Source: a virus (taxonomy: Duplodnaviria; Heunggongvirae; Uroviricota; Caudoviricetes). Taken from it: a stretch of DNA of 64,000 bases. The stretch is from the IMG/VR virus record IMGVR_UViG_3300032053_000007; one strand, 5' to 3'. The position numbers and the translations under genes are program-made. This document shows positions 41,625 to 49,300 of this stretch, one piece after another. Within the stretch, counting starts at the first letter, position 1, and each line of letters opens with the position of its first letter. Under the pieces are notes generated by a model. That model was given only the letters and a program-made list of their open reading frames with translations, had not been told where the DNA came from and ran no database searches.

Positions 41625-41729
41625 TCCCCTACCCCTAGCTACATTTGACAGGTAAATAGACTAGGGAAAAAGACGTTCTGGATGCTAGGGCGAAGCCAAT
41701 GGGAACTGAAGCCTGAAGTCGGTGCTTTT

Positions 41730-41745
41730 TTAATCAGTTGATTAA
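41730..41745. promoter_or_regulatory. TTAATCA-NN-TGATTAA palindrome
   Basis: ttaatcagttgattaa. Confidence 0.55.
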
Positions 41746-41899
41746 AAGTCTGGGGAATACGTTGGGGGCTGGCAGAGGGCTTCACCATAAACCGAAATCT
41801 AATTGGGAAGAAAAAACGCCTATGTGCGTTATGTGACACTCAGGATTCTACTAAAAATTTAATTTTCGAGGGGACGGAAAGTTACACCGAAAGTGTGAC

Positions 41900-42031
41900 C
41901 TAGCCTTCGTCCTCTAGTGCTTCCTCAAGTTCTGACGGGTCGGGACAACCAACGGGTCGCCTGAAAGTTTTAACTACTTTTGCAAGAACAATTAAACCTA
42001 TTATGAAACCCAGAGTATCAAACGGAAACAT
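41900..42031 (-). CDS. small membrane protein (43 aa)
   Basis: MFPFDTLGFIIGLIVLAKVV..; ATG about 12 nt after TSS predicted from minus-strand cassette 42067-42099. Confidence 0.4.
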   Translation of the reverse strand: MFPFDTLGFIIGLIVLAKVVKTFRRPVGCPDPSELEEALEDEG

Positions 42032-42066
42032 ATTTGTGCCTCTTTGTGAATACTACAACACGGTAG

Positions 42067-42099
42067 CTTATAAATCTTTCCCTAAAAACGCCATGCTCA
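42067..42099 (-). promoter_or_regulatory. GAGCATGG-box/TATA promoter cassette (minus strand)
   Basis: reverse complement reads tGAGCATGGcgtTTTT..TTTATAAG; offset 24. Confidence 0.55.
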
Positions 42100-42164
42100 A
42101 TTTCCAGCACAGCTTTCACAATGGTCGCTTTTGCCAAACGGGACGCGGTGCGAGGCGCATTTAA

Positions 42165-42180
42165 TTAATCAGGTGATTAA
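42165..42180. promoter_or_regulatory. TTAATCA-NN-TGATTAA palindrome
   Basis: ttaatcaggtgattaa. Confidence 0.55.
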
Positions 42181-42230
42181 CTGCTTCACGCCCCTTCACG
42201 CCGAGGCACGATGCGAACTGTTGAGCTTAT

Positions 42231-42246
42231 TTAATCAAATGATTAA
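42231..42246. promoter_or_regulatory. TTAATCA-NN-TGATTAA palindrome
   Basis: ttaatcaaatgattaa. Confidence 0.5.
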
Positions 42247-42340
42247 TTTCAAAACTCGAAGCCTTTACATTCGAAGTCTGCGCGTTGCCGTTTTCCAAGA
42301 CTGATTTTCCAAAACGAACCCGAACGAAACCCAGATTCCA

Positions 42341-42520
42341 TAGGACTGATGGTCTTTTTAACATCGTTTCCATTGGTCGAAAAGCATTATTTGAGCCTCT
42401 TCGAACAAAAGAAGGACACTCGTTCAATATCGTTTATATATGTTCGAAATTATTGAACGATTTGCCCCGAAGAGAACGCTCAGGGGATGAAATTGAGAGT
42501 CGGGCATTATCCACAGTCCT
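42341..42520 (+). repeat. conserved 180-nt noncoding element, copy 1 (candidate structured RNA)
   Basis: collinear with 56347-56526: taggactgatg .. hairpin cgttcaat/attgaacg .. cgggcattatccacagtcct. Confidence 0.5.
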
Positions 42521-42629
42521 TTGGGGGACACTACTTCGGGGCACAGTTAAACTCTAGGTGTAATAAAAGTTTCGACCATGCCTTTGACCATCAACATTTA
42601 AGTCACTCAGAGTGCAACCTTTCACTTTT

Positions 42630-42645
42630 TTAAACAGTTGATTAA
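42630..42645. promoter_or_regulatory. palindrome (one mismatch)
   Basis: ttaaacagttgattaa, 7 nt upstream of box. Confidence 0.5.
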
Positions 42646-42651
42646 CTAAAA

Positions 42652-42684
42652 CGAGCATGGTCGTTCTGGGGAAACCTTTATAAG
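42652..42684 (+). promoter_or_regulatory. GAGCATGG-box/TATA promoter cassette
   Basis: cGAGCATGGtcgTTCT..TTTATAAG; offset 24; leader cgctggcatctata shared with 44919 cassette. Confidence 0.65.
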
Positions 42685-42714
42685 CTACGCTGGCATCTAT
42701 AAAGGTGTGGAAAA

Positions 42715-44442
42715 ATGACAAAGCAGAAACAAGCAAAGACGAACAACTTCTCTAAGATACTTGACGAGATGAGGAATCTTGCCATAGCAATTACGAAGGA
42801 CAAACGGATTCGTATCAAGTATATTCCAGAACAACCAACTTCTGCTTTCAATATGGAAAACTTTGAGATTTCTTTGAGTTTACAGAGTTATCCCGATTTC
42901 GTGAAAACATCGCCCCGTCTATTCCGAAAAATCCTAGACGGTGACATGGTTCACGAGTGCGGTCATCTGATTCTAACAAAACCGAATTGGGAATTTTTCA
43001 ACAATTGGACAACAAAAATCAAACGACAGAGAGGATTTTACAAGCTGGCTCACGAAGTTTGCAACATAGTTGAAGATAAGCGCGTGAATCATTTCATAAT
43101 TCTCAGATACAGGTTTGATGTCGGCAAGAGGCTACTTTTGGCGAATTTGATACTAAAAGACATGATAGACAACACAATTGAAAAGCCACAAATAGCCATG
43201 TCAACCATCTTACCGAAGGGCGAAAACTTAGGCGAAAACGAAATTCCAAACATGACAATTCAAGCTGGACAACAAGACGGGGTTTACATGGTTGCAATTT
43301 TGTGCAATGAAGGTCTATATGAGGCTAAATGCACAGAGTTATGGAACAAACTAAGCCCAGATGCTAGAAAGGACTGTGAAACAGCCCTTAAAGTGCTAGA
43401 GGGGACGAAATATCAACGTGTCAAACTCGACATAATAAGGTCTTGCCAAACGATTTATGAATTGGTAGCTAAACACTTGAACGCTGACTATACGACAAAG
43501 GAATATGTCGTTTCTAGAAGAGGGGGCAACGTAAAGGGCAAAATATCGGACAGACTTAGGCAATTACTAGAAAAAGAGGAAGAGCAAGAAAAGGCAGAAG
43601 AGGACAAGAAGAAACACCTAGAAGATTTGCAGAAAGGTTCGGGTGCTGGCGAAGGCACAGGCGAAGAGATTCCAGCCCCAGACCCAGATTTTGAGGCGTA
43701 TTCGAAACTTCTGGACGAATGCAAGCCTGAAATTTCCGAGCTATTGAATCAACTAAAGAAGAAAATGAAACCGAGAGTTCAACGGGACATTTTCCAGAAA
43801 CGCGGAAAAATGATGAGTCCAATTGTTCCACGCATCTACACAAACAGCTTTAGGGGAACCGTTCGCAATGTGTATCTGCGTACAACAACAAAATTTGAGA
43901 AGGAACAAGTCGCAATTCAATTTTGGTTCGATTTCTCAGGGTCAGTTAGTCGAATAGAGGCTGAAAAGATAACCACTATACTGAATGAGGTCTTTGGACA
44001 TTACGTTGACGATTACGGGTTCAGTATTGGGTGCTTTGGGGCAGATACCCAGAAAGTAAAGACTTTCTTTGAAACCTTCGAAAACACACGGGCAAGAATT
44101 GGAGCTATTTCGGTGAATGCTGGCGGTACTGAGGTTTCCGTTGGATTAGAGGCAAGCCTGAGAATGTTCAATACGATTAAAGGCGAACGCCGAAAGATTC
44201 TGGTCATTGCGTCCGATTTCTGCTTCTGTGGTGATGAAGAAACGAAAGCAGAGGAATTAATCGACCAATATGCGAAAGCTGGAATTGAATGTATCTTCAT
44301 AGGTTTCTGTGACTGTGAGAATGTAGAAACCTTCGCAAGCAAAGTGAAAAACTTGAAGTGCTCACGAACACGGATAAACCAAATATCCGAATTACCTCAG
44401 AGATTCCTAAACGTGTATCTAAACGTAGAAACCCAGAAGTGA
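42715..44442 (+). CDS. vWA-domain protein with N-terminal HExxH putative metallopeptidase domain
   Basis: MVHECGHLI; MIDAS-like FDFSGSVS; E/K-rich linker; architecture as in metallopeptidase-plus-VWA proteins partnered with MoxR ATPases. Confidence 0.65.
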   Translation: MTKQKQAKTNNFSKILDEMRNLAIAITKDKRIRIKYIPEQPTSAFNMENFEISLSLQSYPDFVKTSPRLFRKILDGDMVHECGHLILTKPNWEFFNNWTTKIKRQRGFYKLAHEVCNIVEDKRVNHFIILRYRFDVGKRLLLANLILKDMIDNTIEKPQIAMSTILPKGENLGENEIPNMTIQAGQQDGVYMVAILCNEGLYEAKCTELWNKLSPDARKDCETALKVLEGTKYQRVKLDIIRSCQTIYELVAKHLNADYTTKEYVVSRRGGNVKGKISDRLRQLLEKEEEQEKAEEDKKKHLEDLQKGSGAGEGTGEEIPAPDPDFEAYSKLLDECKPEISELLNQLKKKMKPRVQRDIFQKRGKMMSPIVPRIYTNSFRGTVRNVYLRTTTKFEKEQVAIQFWFDFSGSVSRIEAEKITTILNEVFGHYVDDYGFSIGCFGADTQKVKTFFETFENTRARIGAISVNAGGTEVSVGLEASLRMFNTIKGERRKILVIASDFCFCGDEETKAEELIDQYAKAGIECIFIGFCDCENVETFASKVKNLKCSRTRINQISELPQRFLNVYLNVETQK

Positions 44443-44448
44443 GTAAAA

Positions 44449-44613
44449 ATGGTTTGCATAATTGACGATAAAGAATGTAGAAAATTGGCAGACGAAATTT
44501 CTAAAGACCTCTTCGAATACAATAAACACAAGATAAAGCTAACCAAAAAATTCTTGTGGACTATGCTTTATTGCGAATTGAAACGAAGTAAACTTAACAA
44601 AACTCGAATGTGA
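44449..44613 (+). CDS. hypothetical small protein (54 aa)
   Basis: ATG 6 nt after vWA stop. Confidence 0.4.
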   Translation: MVCIIDDKECRKLADEISKDLFEYNKHKIKLTKKFLWTMLYCELKRSKLNKTRM

Positions 44614-44619
44614 TAACTT

Positions 44620-44847
44620 GTGAAATATAAAAGACATTGCACACATTGTAAGAACAATTTTTTCTGCAACGGAAAATGCAAAAGTGATAGACTTAAAAAT
44701 CCGAATGACTGTTATTGTCTTGAGTGTGTAAAAAAAGTTTCGGAAGAGTTTTCAAAGTTGTCTGGGGCAGACTCTACTTATGAATCTTTTAACGTTGTTC
44801 AATTTCATTGCCAAGAATCGGGCAGAGAAGAAGTGCAATTTACTTAA
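44620..44847 (+). CDS. ZR-F family zinc-ribbon mini-protein
   Basis: CTHCKNNFFCNGKC..CYCLEC; ends EEVQFT with TAA and no downstream gene. Confidence 0.65.
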   Translation: MKYKRHCTHCKNNFFCNGKCKSDRLKNPNDCYCLECVKKVSEEFSKLSGADSTYESFNVVQFHCQESGREEVQFT

Positions 44848-44896
44848 ACTTTTGGTGCAACCTTTGGTTCGGGCGGGAGAGGGGTTTTGAGAAATT

Positions 44897-44912
44897 TTAA
44901 TCAGTTGATTAA
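44897..44912. promoter_or_regulatory. TTAATCA-NN-TGATTAA palindrome
   Basis: ttaatcagttgattaa, 7 nt upstream of box. Confidence 0.55.
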
Positions 44913-44918
44913 CTAAAA

Positions 44919-44951
44919 TGAACATGGTCTTTCTAAGCAAACATTTAAATA
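44919..44951 (+). promoter_or_regulatory. GAGCATGG-box/TATA promoter cassette
   Basis: tGAACATGGtctTTCT..TTTAAATA; offset 24. Confidence 0.65.
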
Positions 44952-44985
44952 GGACGCTGGCATCTATACTCGTAAGGTAATAAAG

Positions 44986-45873
44986 ATGAACTCAGAATTT
45001 GAAAAGATTCATGCAAAGGTCGAATCAGCACTTGAAGGTGCTGGCATCTACGTCAAAGGCATCGAGTTCGTGGACGAACATGGCTACATTGAAAAGTCAA
45101 GAGCGATTCTTGAAATTGTCGGCAACCTTAGATTAGTCGGCGAAACGGGGACGGGCAAAACAACTCTTGTTCACAAGTTGGCTGAATTGTTAGAGGTTCC
45201 GCTTTTTGAAATTGTCTTAACACGGGACGTGACAAAGTGGGATTTGCTGGCATGTGATACTCTGAAAGCTGGAAGCACAGAAACAAGAGATGGAATCATA
45301 ATTCAATGGTTGAACAGCGAGAAAGGTCTGCTTTACATAGACGGGTTCAACTATGCAGAACCATCGATAATTTCACTTCTGGAATCATTGGCAGACTTTA
45401 GGGGAAACGTGTATATTCCAGAATACAAGAAGCAATTCACACGGACAGCACAGCACTATCTCGTTATCAGCTATAACCCCTCAGAAAAATCGGGTTACTC
45501 TGGGACATTCATCGAGAACATTGCAACCATTAGACGATTTGAAGGTCTGATAATCGAATACCTTAGCCCCCAGAAAGAACGCGAATTGGTAAAGAAGTTC
45601 TCTGGAAACTATGACTTTTCTGCGAAGTTCGTAGAAATTGCCAAAAAGACGCGAACCGAATACGAGAACGGAAAACTTAGAACGCCCCTCACGACAGGCA
45701 ACCTAATAAACTACGGCAAACTCTACAAAGCGAAGATGTCCGAAGAGGACATAATCGATATAGCAAGTTCGCTTTACACCGCAAGAGAAGAGCGCAATTT
45801 ATTTAGGTCGTTCTTCGAAGATAGCTCTGAGATAGACGTAGAAAAGTTGAAAAAGAAAGAAGAGGATACCTAA
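44986..45873 (+). CDS. AAA+ ATPase, MoxR/CbbQ/CobS-like (AAA_5 type)
   Basis: Walker A GETGTGKTT; LLYIDGFNYA Walker B region (Gly where Glu is expected); IRRFEG like the MoxR DRF motif. Confidence 0.7.
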   Translation: MNSEFEKIHAKVESALEGAGIYVKGIEFVDEHGYIEKSRAILEIVGNLRLVGETGTGKTTLVHKLAELLEVPLFEIVLTRDVTKWDLLACDTLKAGSTETRDGIIIQWLNSEKGLLYIDGFNYAEPSIISLLESLADFRGNVYIPEYKKQFTRTAQHYLVISYNPSEKSGYSGTFIENIATIRRFEGLIIEYLSPQKERELVKKFSGNYDFSAKFVEIAKKTRTEYENGKLRTPLTTGNLINYGKLYKAKMSEEDIIDIASSLYTAREERNLFRSFFEDSSEIDVEKLKKKEEDT

Positions 45874-46200
45874 ATGAATAGATTCTTTTGCAATAGAAAA
45901 ATTATAGTAGCGAACCCTGCTGGCGAAGAACCCCCAACACCACAACCGACACGAAAAACTTTGCAGAAACCGTTTGACCCCAAAAACCCCCCGAAAGGTA
46001 TCTGTGAAATTTGCCTAGACCCGAAACACAAAACTGCACATTGCGAAGCACACGGACGGATTCACTATATTCACAAAAAATGCCACAAAATTGCAGATGG
46101 AAAACTTCTCGAATTCATACGTCATTTCTACTGTAAAGAATTCGAAGAGTTACCAATTGAACAACGTGCAATTTGGCTATGGCTACACGATAAATGGTAA
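45874..46200 (+). CDS. Cys/His-rich (zinc-binding?) protein
   Basis: CEIC..HC..H..C..H; starts right after AAA+ stop. Confidence 0.5.
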   Translation: MNRFFCNRKIIVANPAGEEPPTPQPTRKTLQKPFDPKNPPKGICEICLDPKHKTAHCEAHGRIHYIHKKCHKIADGKLLEFIRHFYCKEFEELPIEQRAIWLWLHDKW

Positions 46201-46233
46201 ACCCAAAATTCCACTTTTTTGAGGAAAACCAAA

Positions 46234-46386
46234 ATGACTGATTATATTGAAGAGGCGTTAGCGCGAAGAGAAATGCAAGAATTTCTAATCGAGAGAAGAA
46301 AAGACTATCAGAAAAAATACGCTCAAACTCACAAACGAAAATCGAAACCGAAAAAGAAAGTTGAACGGGAAATTTTCCATTGGTGA
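46234..46386 (+). CDS. basic small protein (50 aa)
   Basis: below cutoff; K/R-rich. Confidence 0.4.
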   Translation: MTDYIEEALARREMQEFLIERRKDYQKKYAQTHKRKSKPKKKVEREIFHW

Positions 46387-46390
46387 AAAA

Positions 46391-46606
46391 ATGACATATA
46401 TCGGGCAAGACGAAGAATTAACGATAGAGCGTGGTTGTTTTAATTGCGCTCGATTCAAAAAATGTCATCTTATTGAGGGACAAAGAAGAAATGGAATTAA
46501 TTTTATGGAGATTTTGAAGGACGGTGCGGAAGATTATCGTTATGGTTGTTGTTGCACAACTTATCTAGCAGAATCCGAAGCTAGAGAACAGGTGCAATTT
46601 ACTTGA
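46391..46606 (+). CDS. GCFNC family mini-protein
   Basis: trimmed to ATG 46391; RGCFNCARFKKC..YRYGCCC; ends EQVQFT. Confidence 0.6.
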   Translation: MTYIGQDEELTIERGCFNCARFKKCHLIEGQRRNGINFMEILKDGAEDYRYGCCCTTYLAESEAREQVQFT

Positions 46607-46890
46607 TTCAAAATTGTCCGTCTTGCGGTTCAATTCGCTTGACTCGAAAATGTCCGTCTTGTGGTTCTATTCTGGAAGAACAAAGTGGAACACTTTTTTT
46701 CACAGATAGTTTTTCACAACACGATAGACAAAAAATAAGGGAAACTCACTTTTTGCATTATTTTTGCGAAGTTTGTCGTAAAAATGATTTGCCTTTTGAC
46801 TTTTTATTTTTCAAAGGAAAACAATTCATTTATGATAAGGGCAGATGGAACCTCTTAGCTCCTGAGAGAGAATGTGTTCAATTCACCTAA
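46603..46890 (+). CDS. zinc-ribbon VxFT-tail protein
   Basis: CPSCGS..CPSCGS; ends ECVQFT encoded GAATGTGTTCAATTCACCTAA (no SD, TAA stop). Confidence 0.6.
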   Translation: MIQNCPSCGSIRLTRKCPSCGSILEEQSGTLFFTDSFSQHDRQKIRETHFLHYFCEVCRKNDLPFDFLFFKGKQFIYDKGRWNLLAPERECVQFT

Positions 46891-46946
46891 TTAATCAACC
46901 ATAAGACTTAAATACTTAATTAACCATCTATTAATTAGTGTTTCAA

Positions 46947-47300
46947 ATGAAATGTCAAGACTGTGAAAAAGAAACAAATACAAAATCTCAAAGATGTCCT
47001 GAATGCCAAAAGATATATCACCAAAAATGGCTAGAAGAATTAAAACTCTGGGCGATTCAAAAGTTAGGCGATAAGTGTTTTCATTGCGATAAACATTTTG
47101 ATTCTTGTGTTTATGATTTTCACCATGAAGGAAACGATACATGGCTTCGTTGCAATGAACAACAAAAAAATGCGAATCGAAGAGTAAAAGAATTGGTTCG
47201 TTGGAGAAGGGCAGAGAAAATTCCAGAGGACGTTCGATTAGTCTGCGCGAATTGTCACAGAATTATTAGTCATAAATCGTTTAATCACCTGATTAAGTAA
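46947..47300 (+). CDS. HNH endonuclease
   Basis: CFHCDK..DFHHEGN..LVCANCHRIISH; 3-prime end encodes palindrome 47281 (FNHLIK). Confidence 0.65.
   Translation: MKCQDCEKETNTKSQRCPECQKIYHQKWLEELKLWAIQKLGDKCFHCDKHFDSCVYDFHHEGNDTWLRCNEQQKNANRRVKELVRWRRAEKIPEDVRLVCANCHRIISHKSFNHLIK
47281..47296. promoter_or_regulatory. TTAATCA-NN-TGATTAA palindrome
   Basis: ttaatcacctgattaa inside end of HNH CDS, 7 nt upstream of box. Confidence 0.55.
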
Positions 47301-47302
47301 AA

Positions 47303-47335
47303 TGAGAATGGAGATTCCTAGCAAACGTTTATATA
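47303..47335 (+). promoter_or_regulatory. GAGCATGG-box/TATA promoter cassette
   Basis: tGAGAATGGagaTTCC..TTTATATA; offset 24. Confidence 0.6.
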
Positions 47336-47352
47336 GGACGCTGTATTTATAG

Positions 47353-47368
47353 TTAATCAAGTGATTAA
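47353..47368. promoter_or_regulatory. TTAATCA-NN-TGATTAA palindrome on predicted TSS
   Basis: ttaatcaagtgattaa centred about 27 nt after TATA centre. Confidence 0.55.
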
Positions 47369-47369
47369 A

Positions 47370-48059
47370 ATGGCTGACCAAAAAACGACAAACAAACTCA
47401 TCATAGACGAAAAGGCTCTTGAATCGTTAGGACTACACGGCGAAACGATTTATACAATAGAGTATGACCTTTACAGCGAGAAATATCTGACGGACGCGGA
47501 AAAGAAAAAGTTGACAAAAGAACAACGGGACGCAAACACGCGATTCAACAAACTTGCGCGAATTTTCAGAAACGCAATTGTGTTCGCTCTGAAATTCAAG
47601 CTGGACGCTGTGAAACATCTCGAAAGCAGTTGGCTTCTGGACGGCGATAAGCTGGACTTAGCTGTTGCAGAAATTGAAGAGATAAAGGCAAAGGCAAAGA
47701 GCAAAGGATTTGAGGACATCGACAGACGCATAAAAATCATTCCGATTTTCACGACCCCAGAAGGATTCGAAAACTACAAAGACAAGAAAGCAGAGTTCAT
47801 TCTTAACTTCATAATGGAACACGTCAAGATGGCAGAGGACGGGTTAAAAGACAAACGCATGGCTCAGAGCACACTTTGGAGATGTCGAAAAGCAGTTGAG
47901 ATTTGCAATTCACACATCGAAAGCATGAAGGGACACGAGCGATATAACGAAATGTTAGACACCGTGAATATGCTGGACGAATTGAACGGGCAATGCGAAA
48001 GTTTTCTCTGTGACCAAAAGGCAGAAAAGGCAAAGAAGAACAAGAAAGAAGAGGACTGA
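47370..48059 (+). CDS. hypothetical helical protein
   Basis: trimmed to ATG 47370; K/E-rich. Confidence 0.55.
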   Translation: MADQKTTNKLIIDEKALESLGLHGETIYTIEYDLYSEKYLTDAEKKKLTKEQRDANTRFNKLARIFRNAIVFALKFKLDAVKHLESSWLLDGDKLDLAVAEIEEIKAKAKSKGFEDIDRRIKIIPIFTTPEGFENYKDKKAEFILNFIMEHVKMAEDGLKDKRMAQSTLWRCRKAVEICNSHIESMKGHERYNEMLDTVNMLDELNGQCESFLCDQKAEKAKKNKKEED

Positions 48060-48091
48060 AAACTTAGACAAAAATTCGAGCGTGAAAGAAA

Positions 48092-48370
48092 ATGTTTCAA
48101 TTCAATATAATTTCAACCAAAGAAATAGAAGAGGACGCTAAACTGTTCTCAAACCTTAAAGTACCATGTTCTCTGTTGCTCATTAGAAAAGACGGTTTCG
48201 ACATAGAAGAACAGGAAGATATTGACCTTATATGCAACCTTCTTTCTCAATTTGAATATGAGGTTAGTACCGAGTCCACTTTTTATGTTTCGACAAAAGA
48301 CATAGGCAAAATTAAAGAAGTCTTAGTTGCCTACGGAATTGCATTAAATCCACACATTAAGGAAGATTAA
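48092..48370 (+). CDS. hypothetical acidic protein
   Basis: track ORF. Confidence 0.5.
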   Translation: MFQFNIISTKEIEEDAKLFSNLKVPCSLLLIRKDGFDIEEQEDIDLICNLLSQFEYEVSTESTFYVSTKDIGKIKEVLVAYGIALNPHIKED

Positions 48371-48373
48371 AAA

Positions 48374-48490
48374 ATGAGTAAAGAACTAACGGGCTACGAA
48401 ATATTTCGTAAAATCTTTAGTGAAACTGAGGGTGGCAAAAAGTTTTCAGAACACCCGTTAGCGAAAAAAATCTTTAAGGAACGGACGTGA
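48374..48490 (+). CDS. hypothetical mini-protein (38 aa)
   Basis: GTGA overlap with next. Confidence 0.35.
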   Translation: MSKELTGYEIFRKIFSETEGGKKFSEHPLAKKIFKERT

Positions 48491-48648
48491 AAACTTTGAC
48501 AAAACAACCTTCGTGGACGGATAACCGAATTTTGACACGCAACGAAGTTAGACGGGGATTAGTAGAAAATTGGCTGAACGGTTGTGAATTTTCCGAAGCG
48601 TTTCTTAATTCAGACCTTTACAAACTAGAGAACAAGAGCGTGAAATAA
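48487..48648 (+). CDS. hypothetical small protein (53 aa)
   Basis: GTG start; TAATG overlap with next. Confidence 0.4.
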   Translation: MKTLTKQPSWTDNRILTRNEVRRGLVENWLNGCEFSEAFLNSDLYKLENKSVK

Positions 48649-48803
48649 TGTCTAAAAAGAAATTCTTAGTTACATACGAAGGGGACGACCCCCCGACATT
48701 GCTCGACATGAAAGACTGTCTGTTATCAAACGGAATGGACGAAGGGGGCATTCTCACAGTCGTAGAGGTCAAACGGACGAAGGAAAAGGTTGCATTTACA
48801 TGA
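48648..48803 (+). CDS. VxFT-tail mini-protein (51 aa)
   Basis: ends EKVAFT. Confidence 0.5.
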   Translation: MSKKKFLVTYEGDDPPTLLDMKDCLLSNGMDEGGILTVVEVKRTKEKVAFT

Positions 48804-49021
48804 ATCAAATAATAAAAGCTGGCGATTTTGTACGGTTGCTTAAATCAAATAATCCTTACGTTCCCGTAGGCACGATACTAGAAGTTGAATCAATTACAAA
48901 AAAAACCCCACTTGTTTTTACCGTGTGTGTGGTAAAACGAAAATGGTCAAAGTATTTCGTTCACGGTGACATAATTCGAAAGGTGAAATTCATGGTTCCT
49001 GAGAGGGTTGAATTTACATGA
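48800..49021 (+). CDS. VxFT-tail mini-protein
   Basis: ends ERVEFT. Confidence 0.6.
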   Translation: MNQIIKAGDFVRLLKSNNPYVPVGTILEVESITKKTPLVFTVCVVKRKWSKYFVHGDIIRKVKFMVPERVEFT

Positions 49022-49266
49022 CTGATTTGAAGAACGTAGCTCGAAAACTTGGGCATATTGGATTTGGAGTTCGAATTGAGGGGGACAAACTAATCGTTTA
49101 TGAGGGATGGATGAAAGATTGTCTGCTCATTCTGGGCGTTAAATCCTATAAGGACGGGCTGGCGAAGAGGGCGAAGCAATTAGAGGCTGAATATGGGCTT
49201 AAACTCGAAAGTTGTAAGATACGGAACAGTATTTCGAGAATGGTCTTTCTGGAACAACCTTTATAA
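49018..49266 (+). CDS. hypothetical protein
   Basis: track ORF; reads through cassette 49235 and stops in its TATA (tttaTAAg). Confidence 0.5.
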   Translation: MTDLKNVARKLGHIGFGVRIEGDKLIVYEGWMKDCLLILGVKSYKDGLAKRAKQLEAEYGLKLESCKIRNSISRMVFLEQPL

Positions 49267-49267
49267 G
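49235..49267 (+). promoter_or_regulatory. GAGCATGG-box/TATA promoter cassette
   Basis: cGAGAATGGtctTTCT..TTTATAAG; offset 24. Confidence 0.6.
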
Positions 49268-49284
49268 TCACGGTGTTGTTCTAG

Positions 49285-49300
49285 TTAATCAGGTGATTAA
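49285..49300. promoter_or_regulatory. TTAATCA-NN-TGATTAA palindrome on predicted TSS
   Basis: ttaatcaggtgattaa. Confidence 0.55.

Larger units (their letters stand above)
41625..42651. repeat. noncoding hub B (paralogous to hubs A and E)
   Basis: agtcccctacccctagct, aaaaagacgtt, acgcctatgtgcgttatgtga, gttacaccgaaagtgtgac, 4 palindromes, minus-strand cassette, 180-nt element. Confidence 0.6.

Noticed and set aside
42285-42557. ORFs 42285..42557 (+) and 56311..56595 (-) as proteins.
   Set aside because: They cover the two same-orientation copies of the conserved 180-nt element but lie on opposite strands. The DNA conservation therefore cannot reflect a shared protein, and both have atypical composition and no start context.
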